59,382 nt of DNA, filler included, from Basidiobolus ranarum (GCA_040143965.1; 7 parts of 7 records of this genome joined end to end with filler, not necessarily neighbours in it); one strand, 5' to 3'. Counted from the whole stretch's first letter, positions 38,324-51,059 are shown. Notes: generated by a model not told the origin, from the letters alone. Numbers and translations are program-made.

Positions 38324-39293
38324 AAATGCGATCCGTAGCAACCCATTGTTATTACAATAATGCCGAACCTAACTTATTACTATAAGCCAAATAGTGTTCC
38401 CTTCTGATCAAATAAATCAGCTTTTAACTTGAAACCATTCTAATAGTATATTTGATGTGGCTCGGATTACTTTACCATTTGGTTAGTGTATATTTAGTGT
38501 TCCTTGATTGAAAGCATTGAAAGCTTATAGTGGACGCTTTCCCGACGCTTTCCCATTTAACCTACAAAAGAGGCATTTCTGAGATCTCCCAATTTGACCA
38601 CAGCTGGGTAAATCCTTCTTGAGCACATTGCCATTAACTATAAGTGGTGCCGATCGAGATGATGAATAATCTACTAAAACCCGAGTGATCAGCTGATCTG
38701 CGAGTTTAGACAATGTTCTAGACTTGATCAATCAATGAACGCACACTTTGTCAGTTGCCCAGTTATGGTAATTCCGTATTATTATCGATCCGGATGGAAA
38801 TGTTCCTGGATATTCCCCTGGGGTTTCGGATTTTCCGACTTCTTTTTTGAGGATCATATTCGTTACCACCAGCTTAAAATATCACAGTCAATTGTTAAGT
38901 CGAACGCGGAGTATGCATGTGTTAATAATAATTATCCGGAACTTATTTGGAAGTGAAGGCGCTCGGTACTACTCCTTCCGAACGAGAGAGAAGGGAAGGT
39001 AGTTGGTCGTTTGTTTATTGGACGAACGGCTCATTTACATCATCTTTTTGATAAAACCGAAGATGATATACAAATTATATCAAAAAGGAAGATTACTCAT
39101 GATATCGTGCAGCAATGGATACAATCATTTCAATCAATGCTTGCTCTGATCCCTTCCCAAATATTATTTATACTCCTTGATCCCAACTCGACTTCACTTC
39201 ATTCTACTATCGAAATCTAGTTGTTAGTTCTGGCCACAAGTGGTTGCATCTTACTCATCTATTCTTACTTGATTACACCATCATCACAACATC

Positions 39294-40577
39294 ATGGAGG
39301 TAGCTCAATCTCGTCTCATGAGTACCAAGAAAATAACCATGGATAGCACGCTTCGTCTGTGGTGGGGCCTGCTGGTTGAGCATCAAATTGGTAAGCAATA
39401 GTCTCCTGTTTCTCTTCAACGAATGTCATGCTAAGAGGGTTCTTTAGAATTACCGCTCATCGTTATCGCAAGCATCATAATGGGGGATATTTTACGAATT
39501 CCATTAGCTGGCAAATTCTTACGGATACAGTATCGTGTTCCGGGCGAAGAAGGCCTATACATGGGCGGGACAGATGATATATATTTCGTCGCATTTTGGG
39601 TCGTTGTATTTACTTTCGTTCGTGCCTCCATCATGGAGTATGTACTGACGCCTATAGCCAAATATGGGGGAATTCGCAATTCCCGTTCACAACACAAGTT
39701 CTTGGAGCAGAGTTGGCTGCTACTCTACTACGGAGTGTCATGGACTTTTGGATTTGTAAGGAATCATTTTTGAGAGATTCAATGAAGGATTGTATTAATT
39801 TGGAATTCAGTATATTATATATAATAGTCCATTTTGGATGAAGACCTCCTATTTCTGGATCGACTACCCTCATAAAGCGATCCCTCATTTATCGAAGTGG
39901 TACTACTTAGTGCAAACTGGATTCTGGTTGCAACAGTTCTTCGTTTTACACGCGGAAAAGAGACGCGATGACTATCCTCAGATGGTTATTCATCATGTGG
40001 TGACCAGTTTGTTGTTAGTATGTTCCTATATGACATACTTTACTCGAATTGGAATAGCGGTGCTATGCATGATGGATTCTGCCGACATTGTCTTAGCAGT
40101 AAGTTTCAATTGGTACACTATCGTAACTACTTTTTACTCAAGTATTATGTTTAGTTGGCAAAGTGTCTTCGTTACCTACATTATCAGAAACTATGTGACT
40201 ACACATTCGGTTGCTTTGTCATCGCCTGGGCTTATACACGACACTATTTATTCTTCCTCATCATGTGGAGTATCTGGAAAGAAGCGGATGTTTATCTAGT
40301 GATTGATTGTAGACCATCTCAAGGGTTCTTCGTCTGTCGTCAAATCCAATACTTCTTCTTGACTCTCTTTGTAGTCCTTCAAGGGCTCATGTTATTCTGG
40401 TTCGGTCAAATAGTTAAAGTGATATGGAGAGTTTTACAGGGATCTAATGCGGCTGATTGTAGAAGTGAATCCGAAAGGTTGGTATTTTTTATGATACCAA
40501 AAAAATTCTATTGAAATCATAAGTAACTCCAATTTCTTGAATATTTTAGTGAAATGACTGAATGTAAGCAAATGTGA
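39294..40577 (+). CDS. Ceramide synthase (LAG1/LAC1 family, TLC domain), 5 exons
   Basis: Introns 39391-39447, 39756-39810, 40099-40154, 40478-40549; Lag1p motif EKRRDDYPQMVIHHVVT...MDSADIVLALAKCLRY; KFLEQSW; DCRSE. Confidence 0.93.
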
Positions 40578-42049
40578 GATTCAAAATATCCCCCATAACT
40601 TCAATGCTTAAATCTTTCAATCTGCTTTATTGTATTATTTTTCAATGTATGTATATATAGATATATATTAATTTTAGCTACCAATTTAAGAAATAAATTC
40701 GCCTTAGAATAGATTCCTTCTTGGAAAATCTCTAGTAAAATCACTGATCGAATGAATTTGCAATCATATTAATATCAGTTAAACATTAAATTGCTCATAA
40801 TTTTCTTGAAATCAATGTGGTAACATGGCTTTATGGATCACTATTACTGAAGATGAAGTATAAAAGACATGGAGAGTTGTATTCAATTATCTGGGTATTA
40901 CAACCAACATTAATACTGATAAGGAACATAGTGGTTAATCTGCCCCATATATATAGCGTTACCCTGGCACTTGACTTACAGAATTTTGTGGTTAGTGCGC
41001 TGGAAATCGAGGAGTAACATCATTTGGCACGATGCGCATTATCTAGTAAAATATCTAGGAACAAGTCTGATTAAATGTACTATTAATTCTTTACAGTACT
41101 TCGCTTGGCGACAACACTGTAGGTCAAATGTTTGCTTGCTATTAATACCGATCCTCTATGCTGATAGCGCCCTGGTGCAGTTTTTTAATCCATCTACAGT
41201 GGGCCGTATTTTCTATAAATCCTCCTAAATTTTGACATTGACAGTATTCTGTGTAAGTTGGGTCTCCAAGGTGTAGAGTGTGGCATCCATGAGTATGAGA
41301 TGTATGGAACTCAAATGTGTGGAAGCAGTGAGGTCGAGTACTGGGAGAAGACTGGACTTCGCTATGAAAGTATCACAGGAACCTCTTTCCAACAAGCAAA
41401 ACTGACCTCTGGCGGGACGGTAGAGAACGGGATCGGTTTGAGACGTAGCACGTTGGCGGCTGGTGACGTTGAATGTCGCTGCTCTAGCTGCGTAGTGTGG
41501 GATAAGATTAGAGTACTGGCTCATGAACGTAATAGTGTAGTTGGGAGGTGTGCTGATATGTGCCATTCCAGCTTTCTATTGTGGATGAATGCCTATGGAC
41601 AGGGATTGACCTACTGCAGTCGTAGAAAACCCAGCGTCACAGCCTTAATTGAGGTCCCGCGCATTAAGTAAGGTATCACTCATTTGAAAGCCAGCACAAA
41701 AAGGAAGTGCCCATACTTCTAGAAATGACCAATTTTGGAAATCCGAGTTCAATGGGTCTGAGTGGAATACTGTGTGGTGTCAGCCAACCTTCTTCTACAG
41801 TACTATAGTCTATAACTGTGGTTTCTTTAGTGGTCCTCATCTCTCCCGTGCCGGTGCTATCGATGGTATATTTTATGGGGACTACAGTATGGCTGCTAGT
41901 ATTCCTGCCACACAGGACAGCCTCTTAAATGATATTCCAACCCTTCTTACTGAGACTGGCATGCCAGAAAGTATGAACGATGTAGCACTGTGTGGCTTGC
42001 TCAACTACACCTATATTTCACAGAAGAGTAGGTATGGGGACGGAGTACA

Positions 42050-42308
42050 TATTGATTTATTGAGTAGAAAGTTGACACTTATAGTTTTTTCAAGATATAA
42101 CAAACTAAAATGCAGATTATGCTAAGAAAGGTCCCAGGAGCATGTGTGCAGAGTTTGGGGCTTCTAGTACAAGTTTGAAAATCTATATATCTGAGAACTT
42201 CTAAGTTGATAAAATTATTCTAAGTAAACTCCAATCAAGAATAATGGGTAGTATCTTAGTGAAATATAATGTAACTAAATACTAAGCTGTATATGACTAT
42301 GTAGGTGT
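42050..42308 (-). repeat. Solo-LTR family copy, partial
   Basis: Matches 14940-15205 (e.g. AGGAGCATGTGTGCA.AGTTTGGGGCTTCTAG). Confidence 0.8.
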
Positions 42309-42416
42309 ACAAGATACACTTGGGTCTACTTTATGGAAAGAAAAGAAGAAGCTCTCTCTATCTTTAGAGATTTTAAAACACTTGTGGAGACTGAAACTGG
42401 AACTAAAATCAAGAAA
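42309..42416 (+). mobile_element. Ty1/copia integrase fragment
   Basis: TRYTWVYFMERKEEALSIFRDFKTLVETETGTKIKK; homologous to 24895-25003. Confidence 0.85.
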
Positions 42417-42540
42417 NNNNNNNNNNNNNNNNNNNNNNNNNNNNNNNNNNNNNNNNNNNNTTAATTAATTAANNNNNNNNNNNNNNNNNNNNNNNNNNNN
42501 NNNNNNNNNNNNNNNNTCATTCTCAGATTAAACAACTTAC

Positions 42541-44852
42541 ACGTTTCATCAGCATGATGTACCATCCTTCAATTTGCTCATCTGACATCCCGGTGACTTG
42601 TTTTAGCTTCTGACGGTTCGTAGATTTACGCGCCTTCGTGCTTCGGTCAAACACCGAGGGATCTGATGACATTTCCTGAACCAACAAACTTTCGTATGTA
42701 ATACCAGGATCCTCCTAAGAATTCGAGAGTTCAAATGAGTATACTTGTCCATAGAGTGATTATTATAACTAAGCGAACATACGCTTTGGGCTGGTGCTTT
42801 GGCTTCCGACTGGTTATCCAGATCATCCAACAAGTGAGCATCTATACTGCCACCCACTTCGTTGATTCCATCATAGGTATCATCATATTCATCATCGTCG
42901 TCGTTATACAGTGTTTCAAGAAGGGATTTCTTGTAATTTTTAACGTAGTTCTTGTTGTCTAACATGTCATCGGCAGTACCTCGACTAGAAACAACCATTG
43001 GGTTAGAAAACATGATGGAATTCAAAATGTTGGCCAACTAAACAATAGCTTACTCCTTCTTGCCAAAGTTGATTTTACTACGATCAACATCGTTTCCGCT
43101 AAACACATCGAACTCATCATTGTCGAACACATTGTGACGTTGTGAAATCAGATCTGTTAGGTAAGTTTGGAATTAGTTCAATAGGAAAAAAATGAATGAG
43201 AAGTCAGTGAGTCGAGACCTTCAGGTGCTGTTGGCTCGGAGATATCTACTTGATTTCCGACGGGCTCTAGTGATGGTCTAAAGGAGCATAGGTTACTATC
43301 AGTGTGAACTGACTATAATGATGCAAAAGCCAATTTACCGTTTGGCGGATCGATCTAGCTGCTGTAGGTTAGATGGTAATGAATCCTCCAGTAGTAGCAT
43401 GATTACTCTTTCAACATCATCGTTGAATTCAATCAAGCATGCTTCAAGGAATCCATCCCCCAGGTGAGGAAACAAGTCCTGAATTTGTGAAATGAACGAC
43501 GAACGCTTGACATAAGTATTGAGGTCAGTCTCCACCTGTTATAGAGAGTCAGATAAATGTCAATTTTAGTGGGCGATAAATGAGTAAAACCCCTACAGGA
43601 GCTGATGAAGGAGCTTGGGATATGGATTCTTTGCTTTGAAGGAACGAGGTACGATGAGAAAACCCACACCTTGCCTTCAGCTCTCCTAAAGATGAAATTA
43701 TAAAATCAAGACGAGCATCCTCGGTTTGTCTAGAGTTAAGGAGTAAATAAGAGCAATAAAGCATAACTAGCAATGATGATTGAAGCTGCAATAAGGATAT
43801 CCATTGAACGTATCAGTCTTGATTCTAGCCAAATTCTTGCTCAATCCAAATTCTATTTCTATGTCAACGAGCAGTGGTGCATTTGTAAATGGGATGGCCT
43901 CCTTTGTGGGGTTTGTCCGCTCCATAACAAACATAAATGTTTGGCAACACTGCTCCATTACATGCTCAATCTCTTCTTGATTCTCTGTTAACTCGTGGAA
44001 TGGTCGGAAGAAGCAAGAATCCATAGTAGAATAGATTAAACACATGATGGAATATTTCAGGCGAAACATTAAGATCCGGATCGGTTTGCTTTCCTCTGGG
44101 CTCATACCCAGTAAATATATCTGCATGGCTGGTATGGTTACATCGTAAAAGTTAAACCAAAGATCGATCAAATCTTTACTTTCGTTAAATAGATTTCCAA
44201 TAAAAGTGGAGCTTTTGCAAGCGTTGTCCAATGTTCTCGATATGTCTGTTAATGCCACTAAATGTTTCTCCAATGTTTCAAGTTCGTTCGTAGAGGAGGC
44301 CGGGGGGTTAGCAGTGATTCCCTGATATTCCTTTGCAATGGTACCCAAGTACTTCTCAAGAAAATCAAAACTCTCTTTAAAGCTTTCCTTAAGAGTGGGA
44401 AGAGCAGCTAAGATTTTATCGAATATCAGTTGAGTGATTTTCGAGTTTGAATCGGCATATGCTAAAGCTAAATCCATCAGGATGGGCACCGTAAGTAAAT
44501 TTCTTCGATGTAAAAGTTCCATATATGCCCAATCAGAACCGTTGGAAATTCTGAAAAATACCATCAATACTCTTTTGGAGAGCTCTACCTCAGCCTCACT
44601 TGTAGTTGCAGCTAAGTTTGTGTTGGTTTCCCGAGAATAATAACGTAAATAGGTTTGAGCAAAAATAGGAAAAGATTCACTGACAGCCAGGAATTCCTGA
44701 AATTTTTGGTCATTTTCTTGAAGTAAACGTCGGAGAGAGTTGTTCCAAAGTTGCAAAGCACATAACCAATTATCTATCTGTGTACTCGAATCTTCACCAA
44801 GTGGTGGCACATAGGGTACAGAAAACACTTGCTCTAAATCAATATTAGCCAT
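42541..44852 (-). CDS. ASCC2: ASCC2/Cue3(Rqt3) CUE-domain protein, at least 7 exons, 3'-truncated; intron 1 is AT-AC
   Basis: Introns 43800-43724 (AT-AC), 43596-43536, 43338-43278, 43218-43154, 43053-42985, 42782-42715; CUE domain ISQIQDLFPHLGDGFLEACL, RHNVFDNDEFD, DDEYDDTYD, TGMSDEQIEGW. Confidence 0.88.
43724..43800 (-). other. U12-type AT-AC intron (77 nt)
   Basis: 5'ss ATATCCTTAT, branch TCCTTAAC at 43742-43735, 3'ss AAAC; removal restores the frame TFNG-EDARLDFII. Confidence 0.92.
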
Positions 44853-45169
44853 TATAAAGATGTATTCGATACTACCAAAAAGATGCTTTTAGGTCTTAAG
44901 AGAAAGAAGTTTAACGAAAGGAAGGTCGAGGTCGAACTTTTAAAAAATATAGTGGTTTACTACGGAAAGGCTGTATATTTGGTTGCTTCATCATCATGCT
45001 TCACAAATTCTTATTATTCCATGATTTTCTTATTAATCTTGACTAAAAAAATACCCGAGAAATTTGGAAATAGGTATTTTTATACTAATAAGATTGATCT
45101 ATAAATTTGCTCAACCTTCAGCAACTCATTATTTAAGCAGTCTCTCTTCTTAACGTAAGATATACAATT

Positions 45170-45689
45170 ATGGAGCTAAAGCCAAAGACTGGGAATAAAA
45201 AACGTCTATTCACAAAAGAATGTATCCTTTTATGAAATGAATCAAGTCGCTTTTTACATACATTTAATCTCTTCAGGCTTACATTCTATTTGTTCTTTGA
45301 CTTATTTGAATTTGTATAGTGCGACTACTCATGTATGGTTTCGGTGATGTTCCCAATCCTTCTGCTGATACTGTAAATGTCATGGAGGATCTGGTGATCG
45401 AATACATTACTGGCATGGTAACTCTTAGCTTTACTTGTAGTTTTCAACTCCCTCTCTTTTTTACTAAATTATCCACAAAAACTAGTGTCTGCAAGCGGCT
45501 AAAGTAGCAGATAGGCGTGGTAAAGTCAAAGTAGAAGATTTCAAATTCGCTTTGCGTAAAGATCCAAAGAAACTTACTAGAGTTGAGGAGTTGCTTTACA
45601 TGAGTGAGGATATTCGACGCGCCAAACAATTGTTTGACAAAGATGAACTTGAAAAACCGGGGAAGAAGGAATCAGATGATATGTTCTAG
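45170..45689 (+). CDS. TAF13: TFIID subunit TAF13, 3 exons, 117 aa
   Basis: Introns 45222-45319 and 45418-45485; LFTKELRLLMYGFGDVPNP..DTVNVMEDLVIEYI...KVEDFKFALRKDPKKL.RVEELL. Confidence 0.95.
45222..45319 (+). other. U12-type GT-AG intron (98 nt)
   Basis: 5'ss GTATCCTTTT, branch-like TTCTTTGAC at 45293-45301, 3'ss TAG. Confidence 0.85.
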
Positions 45690-46245
45690 AGGAAACGTTG
45701 TAAAGTGAACTAATCATTCTTAGATCCTTGAATTTCATCTTTCCATACTGATATTACTGGTTTTTGAAACTTTATTATATTCTATTTCTTACCAAATCTC
45801 TATATTGCTCCAAATCTTTATTTCTATGTTGTATGATATTACTCGGCCTTTACCGTTTAGATTATATTTCCCTAAAACAGCCCTTCTCACTAGTAAATAT
45901 AAGTGGTATTAAGTGAAGCATTAAACTCGGAAACTTTAGGCACGTATGAAAGGAAGAAGTAATATTTCTTGTATTGAATCATCACCATAGAACCCAAGCT
46001 ATGTGTATATATACACCAGTATGACAATGCAACATATTTCTAAACTTGTGAGAATTGCACGTCCAAATCACAGCAAAATCATTAATTAGATCTTTCGACT
46101 TCTTAAAATTATTTATACCCACTCTTCTCAACATATTCATATATTTATTGATCCGCTACCTAATCTAGAGTCTATGAGGATGATAGTTTGCTGTAAATAG
46201 ACGATACCTTTTTATTATGGATACAGTATATGATCAACGAGAAGA

Positions 46246-46859
46246 CTATGCAGTAAGTACAATGCAGCCGCCAGTTTCTTTGATTTTTTGCTCGGCACGA
46301 CGAGAAACGTAGCGAGCTTTTACAATAACCGGTTGTTCAGGGAGACGACCTTTACCAAGAACCTTACCGTAGCCAGCACGAAGGGTATCAATGACGGGAA
46401 CAACTTCTTTGTTGTCAGAATATTTGATACGGGTTTGTTCAGAAACCAAAGTCCATAGTTTATCAAGGTTGACGATGAGGCGATAGTGCTTGTTACGAGT
46501 CAAATGGAATTGACGCATACCAACCTTTCCAAAATAACCAGGGTGGTACTTATCCATATTGATACGGTGATGATGCTGACCACCAGCAAGACCGCGACCT
46601 CCTGGATGTTTTCTGTGCTTACCGACACGGCCGTGGCCGGCAGAAACATGTCCACGCTTTTTTCTGTTCTTAGATAGTCTGGTGGGCTAGACAAAGAGAA
46701 AATTTAGTTGAAGACGCAGAAAACAAGGTATCATTAAAGGATCGTCAAGTATTCATGGGAATGCAAATCATGCTCTGAAGCACGTTCATCGATCAAGCTA
46801 AATCTCCATAATCCCTTGACGATGCAAGCTGCCAGTTAATCAATAGTGATGCTTACCAT
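46246..46859 (-). CDS. RPL28: 60S ribosomal protein uL15 (L28/L27a), 2 exons, 147 aa
   Basis: ATG, intron 46856-46687, then [32 protein letters not shown]...[14 protein letters not shown]...GYGKVLGKG. Confidence 0.97.
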
Positions 46860-46982
46860 ATCTACAAGTACAAGGATACAACAAAGATATTACAAAATTT
46901 ACCAAGCTAGAAACACAATATTTATGGACACAGAATCCGCCAATCAGTCAAGTTCAGCATGTAATCGCGAATTTCTCAAATT

Positions 46983-48288
46983 ATGAACCTTGGTATCATG
47001 ATTGCGTATATTACTGTCATCACTGACACTCATGATACTGTAACAACACCCCACCAGGCTTCTGGGGTTTCTGCCAGAGACCGAGCATGGATAAGGATCT
47101 TCGTATTTGGAATCCAATCAAGGATCTGGGTGTCATGCATTATGTTTTCTTCCTGAGTTGGCTGCGTTTTGGGGACTATGTTACACAGCCGGAGGACTGC
47201 GAGAATTACTGGGAAACTTGTGGAAATTGTGCTTTACCAGATGATATCTATGGCTGTCAAGCTCGCCAGTGGGCCCTAACATTTGATGATGGATCATCTC
47301 AATATACTGCTCAATTACTTGACATGCTAGCTGCTGCAAATGTTAAAGCCACATTTCAAATGATTGGTGCAAACGTAATTCAATTTCCTGATGTGGTTAA
47401 AAGGGCTTATGATGAAGGTCATCAGATTGCCTCTCACACAAGGTCGCACCCTCATTTGATGTCACTTTCGAACGAGCAGATTGTGGCTGAGGTAAAAACT
47501 ACGGAGGATACCCTCTTTAATATAACTGGAGCAAGGCCTGCCTATATTTGTCCACCCTATGGTGAGGCTGACGATCGTGTCAAAGCTATCTTCAAAGCGA
47601 TGGGATATCATACTCTTTTATGGAACATGGATACTTTGGATTGGGACATTCCAGAGAAGAATGAAGATGCTAGTCTCATTCTAGACTCTTTCAAGACTGC
47701 GTTAACCAAAGGCACTGATCTTAATGCTCATAATGATCCCGGGTTCATTTCATTGCAACATGATATTATATCGATACTGTATATCAGACATCCAATATTG
47801 CTCAACTTTTGGCTCAATACAATTTCCATTTCGTTCTTGCTTACGAATGCACCAACTTACCTCCATATCAAAATTTGACCACGACTACTACAGCTTCACC
47901 TACCTCCCTTAACGTGAGCAGTACCACCAATGCTACAAATGGTGATGATGACACCAGTTCCAATGACGATAGCGTCTCGGCTGATAGATCAGAAGATACT
48001 GAGGATGATTCTGATGCTTCTAGCAATGCTGAAGATGACTCCGATGTTTCTAGCGATTCTGAAGTTGATTCCAATGCTTCTAGCGATGTTGAAGATGATT
48101 CTGATGCTTCCAGCGATGCTGAAGATGATTCCAATGCCTCTGATAATACCGAGACAGATACTGAAAGCCCAGCCACATTGAAAAAACGAGGATTTAACGA
48201 GTTTTCTACTCAAACATCTAATGCATCAACTTATTCATTCAGTTCCTTGTTATTTATTAGCATTTGTTCGTATTACTTATTGGGTTAA
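46983..48288 (+). pseudogene. Chitin deacetylase paralog, disrupted
   Basis: Homologous to 11472-12626 but with a broken N-terminus, a 1-nt deletion near 47765 (HDI/YIDTV), and motif changes RPPYG->CPPYG, DDGP->DDGS, HTWSH->HTRSH. Confidence 0.8.
48001..48150 (+). repeat. 30-bp coding tandem repeat x5 (EDDSDASSNA-type)
   Basis: GAAGATGATTCTGATGCTTCTAGC.ATGCT-like units. Confidence 0.9.
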
Positions 48289-50379
48289 ATATCATCTACA
48301 TTTCGAAATTACTATGTGAATGATCCTCTTTGATTTAATTAATCTTAATCTAATATACATAATGTTTAAACAAAATCTCTCGTCTCTGGATTACTACTAT
48401 GATAAGGCGATGTATAGTACATACCAGTAAAAAGGGGTGAGCTGTGAGTTATTTCCTACAATAAGATATATGTATACATTTGAATATGGTGTAACTGCTG
48501 CCGAAGGTGGTAAGGCAATGGCAGCGATGGGGCTGGTGTGTACGATGCTAGAAAAGGTAGTGGAGTGTGATAAATAGAGAACTTTGAACTCTATATAATT
48601 CTATTTATGGTTCATGTATGTTACGGAAGCTAGACATTTATTTCATTTCAATAATGCTATTAAGCTTTATCTTACCAGTGAATTTCATTGCTCTTTCTTG
48701 CCAATTAAACTACTAATTCACCCAATTCTTCATTGTTCTAAAAGTTATGCAATACCCACGTAGTCATTACAACATTATATAATAGTATACAGTCAATTGC
48801 AAATATATATCAGACAGCATTAGATAGTGCATTGGAGACAACATTACAAAATAGTATTTGGTGAACTAAGACGGCTAATTCACATCCATGCTGCTTCTAC
48901 TCTTACTGCTGCCTCTATTCGTGTGGTGGAATATTCTAACCAATAACAACATGCATTTGTACCATTTGGAGTGAATCTTTAAGCTATGTCGGATTTGACA
49001 ATATCTACTGGTTTGTTCTTTTGAATATGATTGCATAAATTAGTGCAAACTATTCGAGAAAATGACTACTGTAGTGGCAAGAATAAAAGTATCTAATTAA
49101 TCGGTAATCGAACTTCACTGCAGCATCTACTGATGATCATTCACTCGGAGTTGCGAACCTCTAACTGTCCCAGTGCACTTGGTGTTCGTTAATTGATCGC
49201 CAGTCTCACGCGTTCCCCAAGTCTTTAATATCCTTGACACCATATATTATAATTTACACTAGGTTCCAGAAGACAGCATCCTCGACATGAATTGAAGCCA
49301 TAAGCAGGAGCATGCTACTCTAAGCCTCCACTTAACTAGTCTCTCAGGAACTTAGGTTACAGGTAGATGCCACTCTACCGGACTGTGACGTACTTTAATA
49401 AGCGCTGTATATATATGAAAAAATAGCGGTTTTCAGTATGATTTATTTTAGAACTTCTGACTTTGCTTTATATACCATCCAAGTCACCTTAGCCAATGGA
49501 TATTAACTCGTTTAACCAGAACTAATCATTGGTTATACATACAGCAATAATGCATTCAAAAAGTTTATGATTCATCCAAAAAAAAACTCATCCTATGCGT
49601 TTTCAAGCAGTTCCTTTACATATGCACACAGGAATGGCATTTTGGAATGTAGATACTTATTTCAGAGTCAACAATATGGTGCTTTATAGGCTTGATATAT
49701 GTTGATATTTTACTTGCATATTATGGTCATGGTAATTTTTGTATTATTGTTTCATTGCTACAAAAGGATAGAGCTTACTTCAATCACGAATTACTCTTGT
49801 ACTTCAAGGATTATGGATAGAGATTATGGATAGAGATTATGGATATAGTACAATTTCAGTCTTTGTCTCCCAGCCCTACCATAGAAGAGTAGTAGTGTGC
49901 AGTAAACAAAGAGAAACGTAGAAATAAATCCTCACTTGACGGTTGATTGATCCAATTACCAGGCGAGGAAAGTTTGTACATTCTGAATCAAATCAAAAGT
50001 ACAAGTTAGTTCATATTGCAAACAGGCCGGAACTGATTTTTGACTGCGATTGGTAATTATTATTTTGTAGGATCTATCTGTTTGTGGTATTTAGTGAGGC
50101 TGAGGTAAAAGAATATCTCCTAACTGTGATGCTATCACCATTGAACCTGAATTGGTAGAGAATCTACTATAGGGAATTGCTGCAGTTACTCTAGCGAGTA
50201 GAATTGATGTGATATCTACTTTTCATTGGGAATAGTAGACACAAGAGCTGAGTGTCATGCCACACATAAGCAAACTTGAAGAGATATACTGTAGCACTCA
50301 CAACTTATCCACTTTTTTGGATGCATTTTTCAAATGACAATAACTCATTCACTCCATATTTTTACTTAATATATGTTTA

Positions 50380-50603
50380 CTCTGAAGTTCTCAGATAAAT
50401 AGATTTTTCAAACCGGTGCTCGAAGCCCCAAACTTTGCGCACATGTTCCTGAGACCCTCCTTAAAACATTTTACAAGTTTTTTTGCTTATATCTTGACAA
50501 AATTATAAATGTCATTTTTCTACTCAAGAAGTCAACGAGTGAAAACCATCAATTCCTCTAGTTCTTCAAACCACTTCCGACTAACTCCCAAAATACTTCA
50601 ACA
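50380..50603 (+). repeat. Solo-LTR family copy, 3' part
   Basis: Ends AAAATACTTCAACA, the inverted match to the TGTTGAA start; retains several CpGs. Confidence 0.8.
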
Positions 50604-50864
50604 TCAATATAGACAGATTTTATCTTCTAGAAATCTGATGATATGGCAAAGTCTTATTTATGATTGATTGGTGCTAGGAGATTCAACTGTTGTGGTTTAA
50701 ATTTTTTTTTATGAAACATGCAATAATAATGCAAAACCATAATGTAAGCAATTTGAATCTTATGATATAAAATATTTGGAAATATAGCCATAAGGTACAG
50801 TTTTAGTGCAAAAAACATAGGGTGAATACAGAAATATTATGATTTCCAAAATGCATGCAAAAGA

Positions 50865-50903
50865 GGTTGAAATTAGCTTTGCTTAAACACCTATATAGTC
50901 ATA
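50865..50903 (+). repeat. Solo-LTR family copy, 5' end, truncated by contig end
   Basis: GGTTGAAATTAGCTTTGCTTAAACACCTATATAGTCATA. Confidence 0.75.
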
Positions 50904-51059
50904 NNNNNNNNNNNNNNNNNNNNNNNNNNNNNNNNNNNNNNNNNNNNTTAATTAATTAANNNNNNNNNNNNNNNNNNNNNNNNNNNNNNNNNNNNNNNNN
51001 NNNATATGCAGCAAAACTAAAGTTTAACTAAGATGTTGAATTAAGATCATTTATCCAAT

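Noticed and set aside
41225-42030. GC-richer stretch with 113-137 aa ORFs on both strands
   Set aside because: No recognisable protein; possibly a decayed element but unsupported
46870-46879. GTATCCTTG U12-like donor in the RPL28 5' leader (similar words at 3423, 32360, 34256, 49228)
   Set aside because: No matching branch/acceptor or interrupted reading frame
48480-48590. Decayed small secreted protein on the minus strand (...SSIVHTSPIAAIALPP)
   Set aside because: No start codon in frame; evidence too weak
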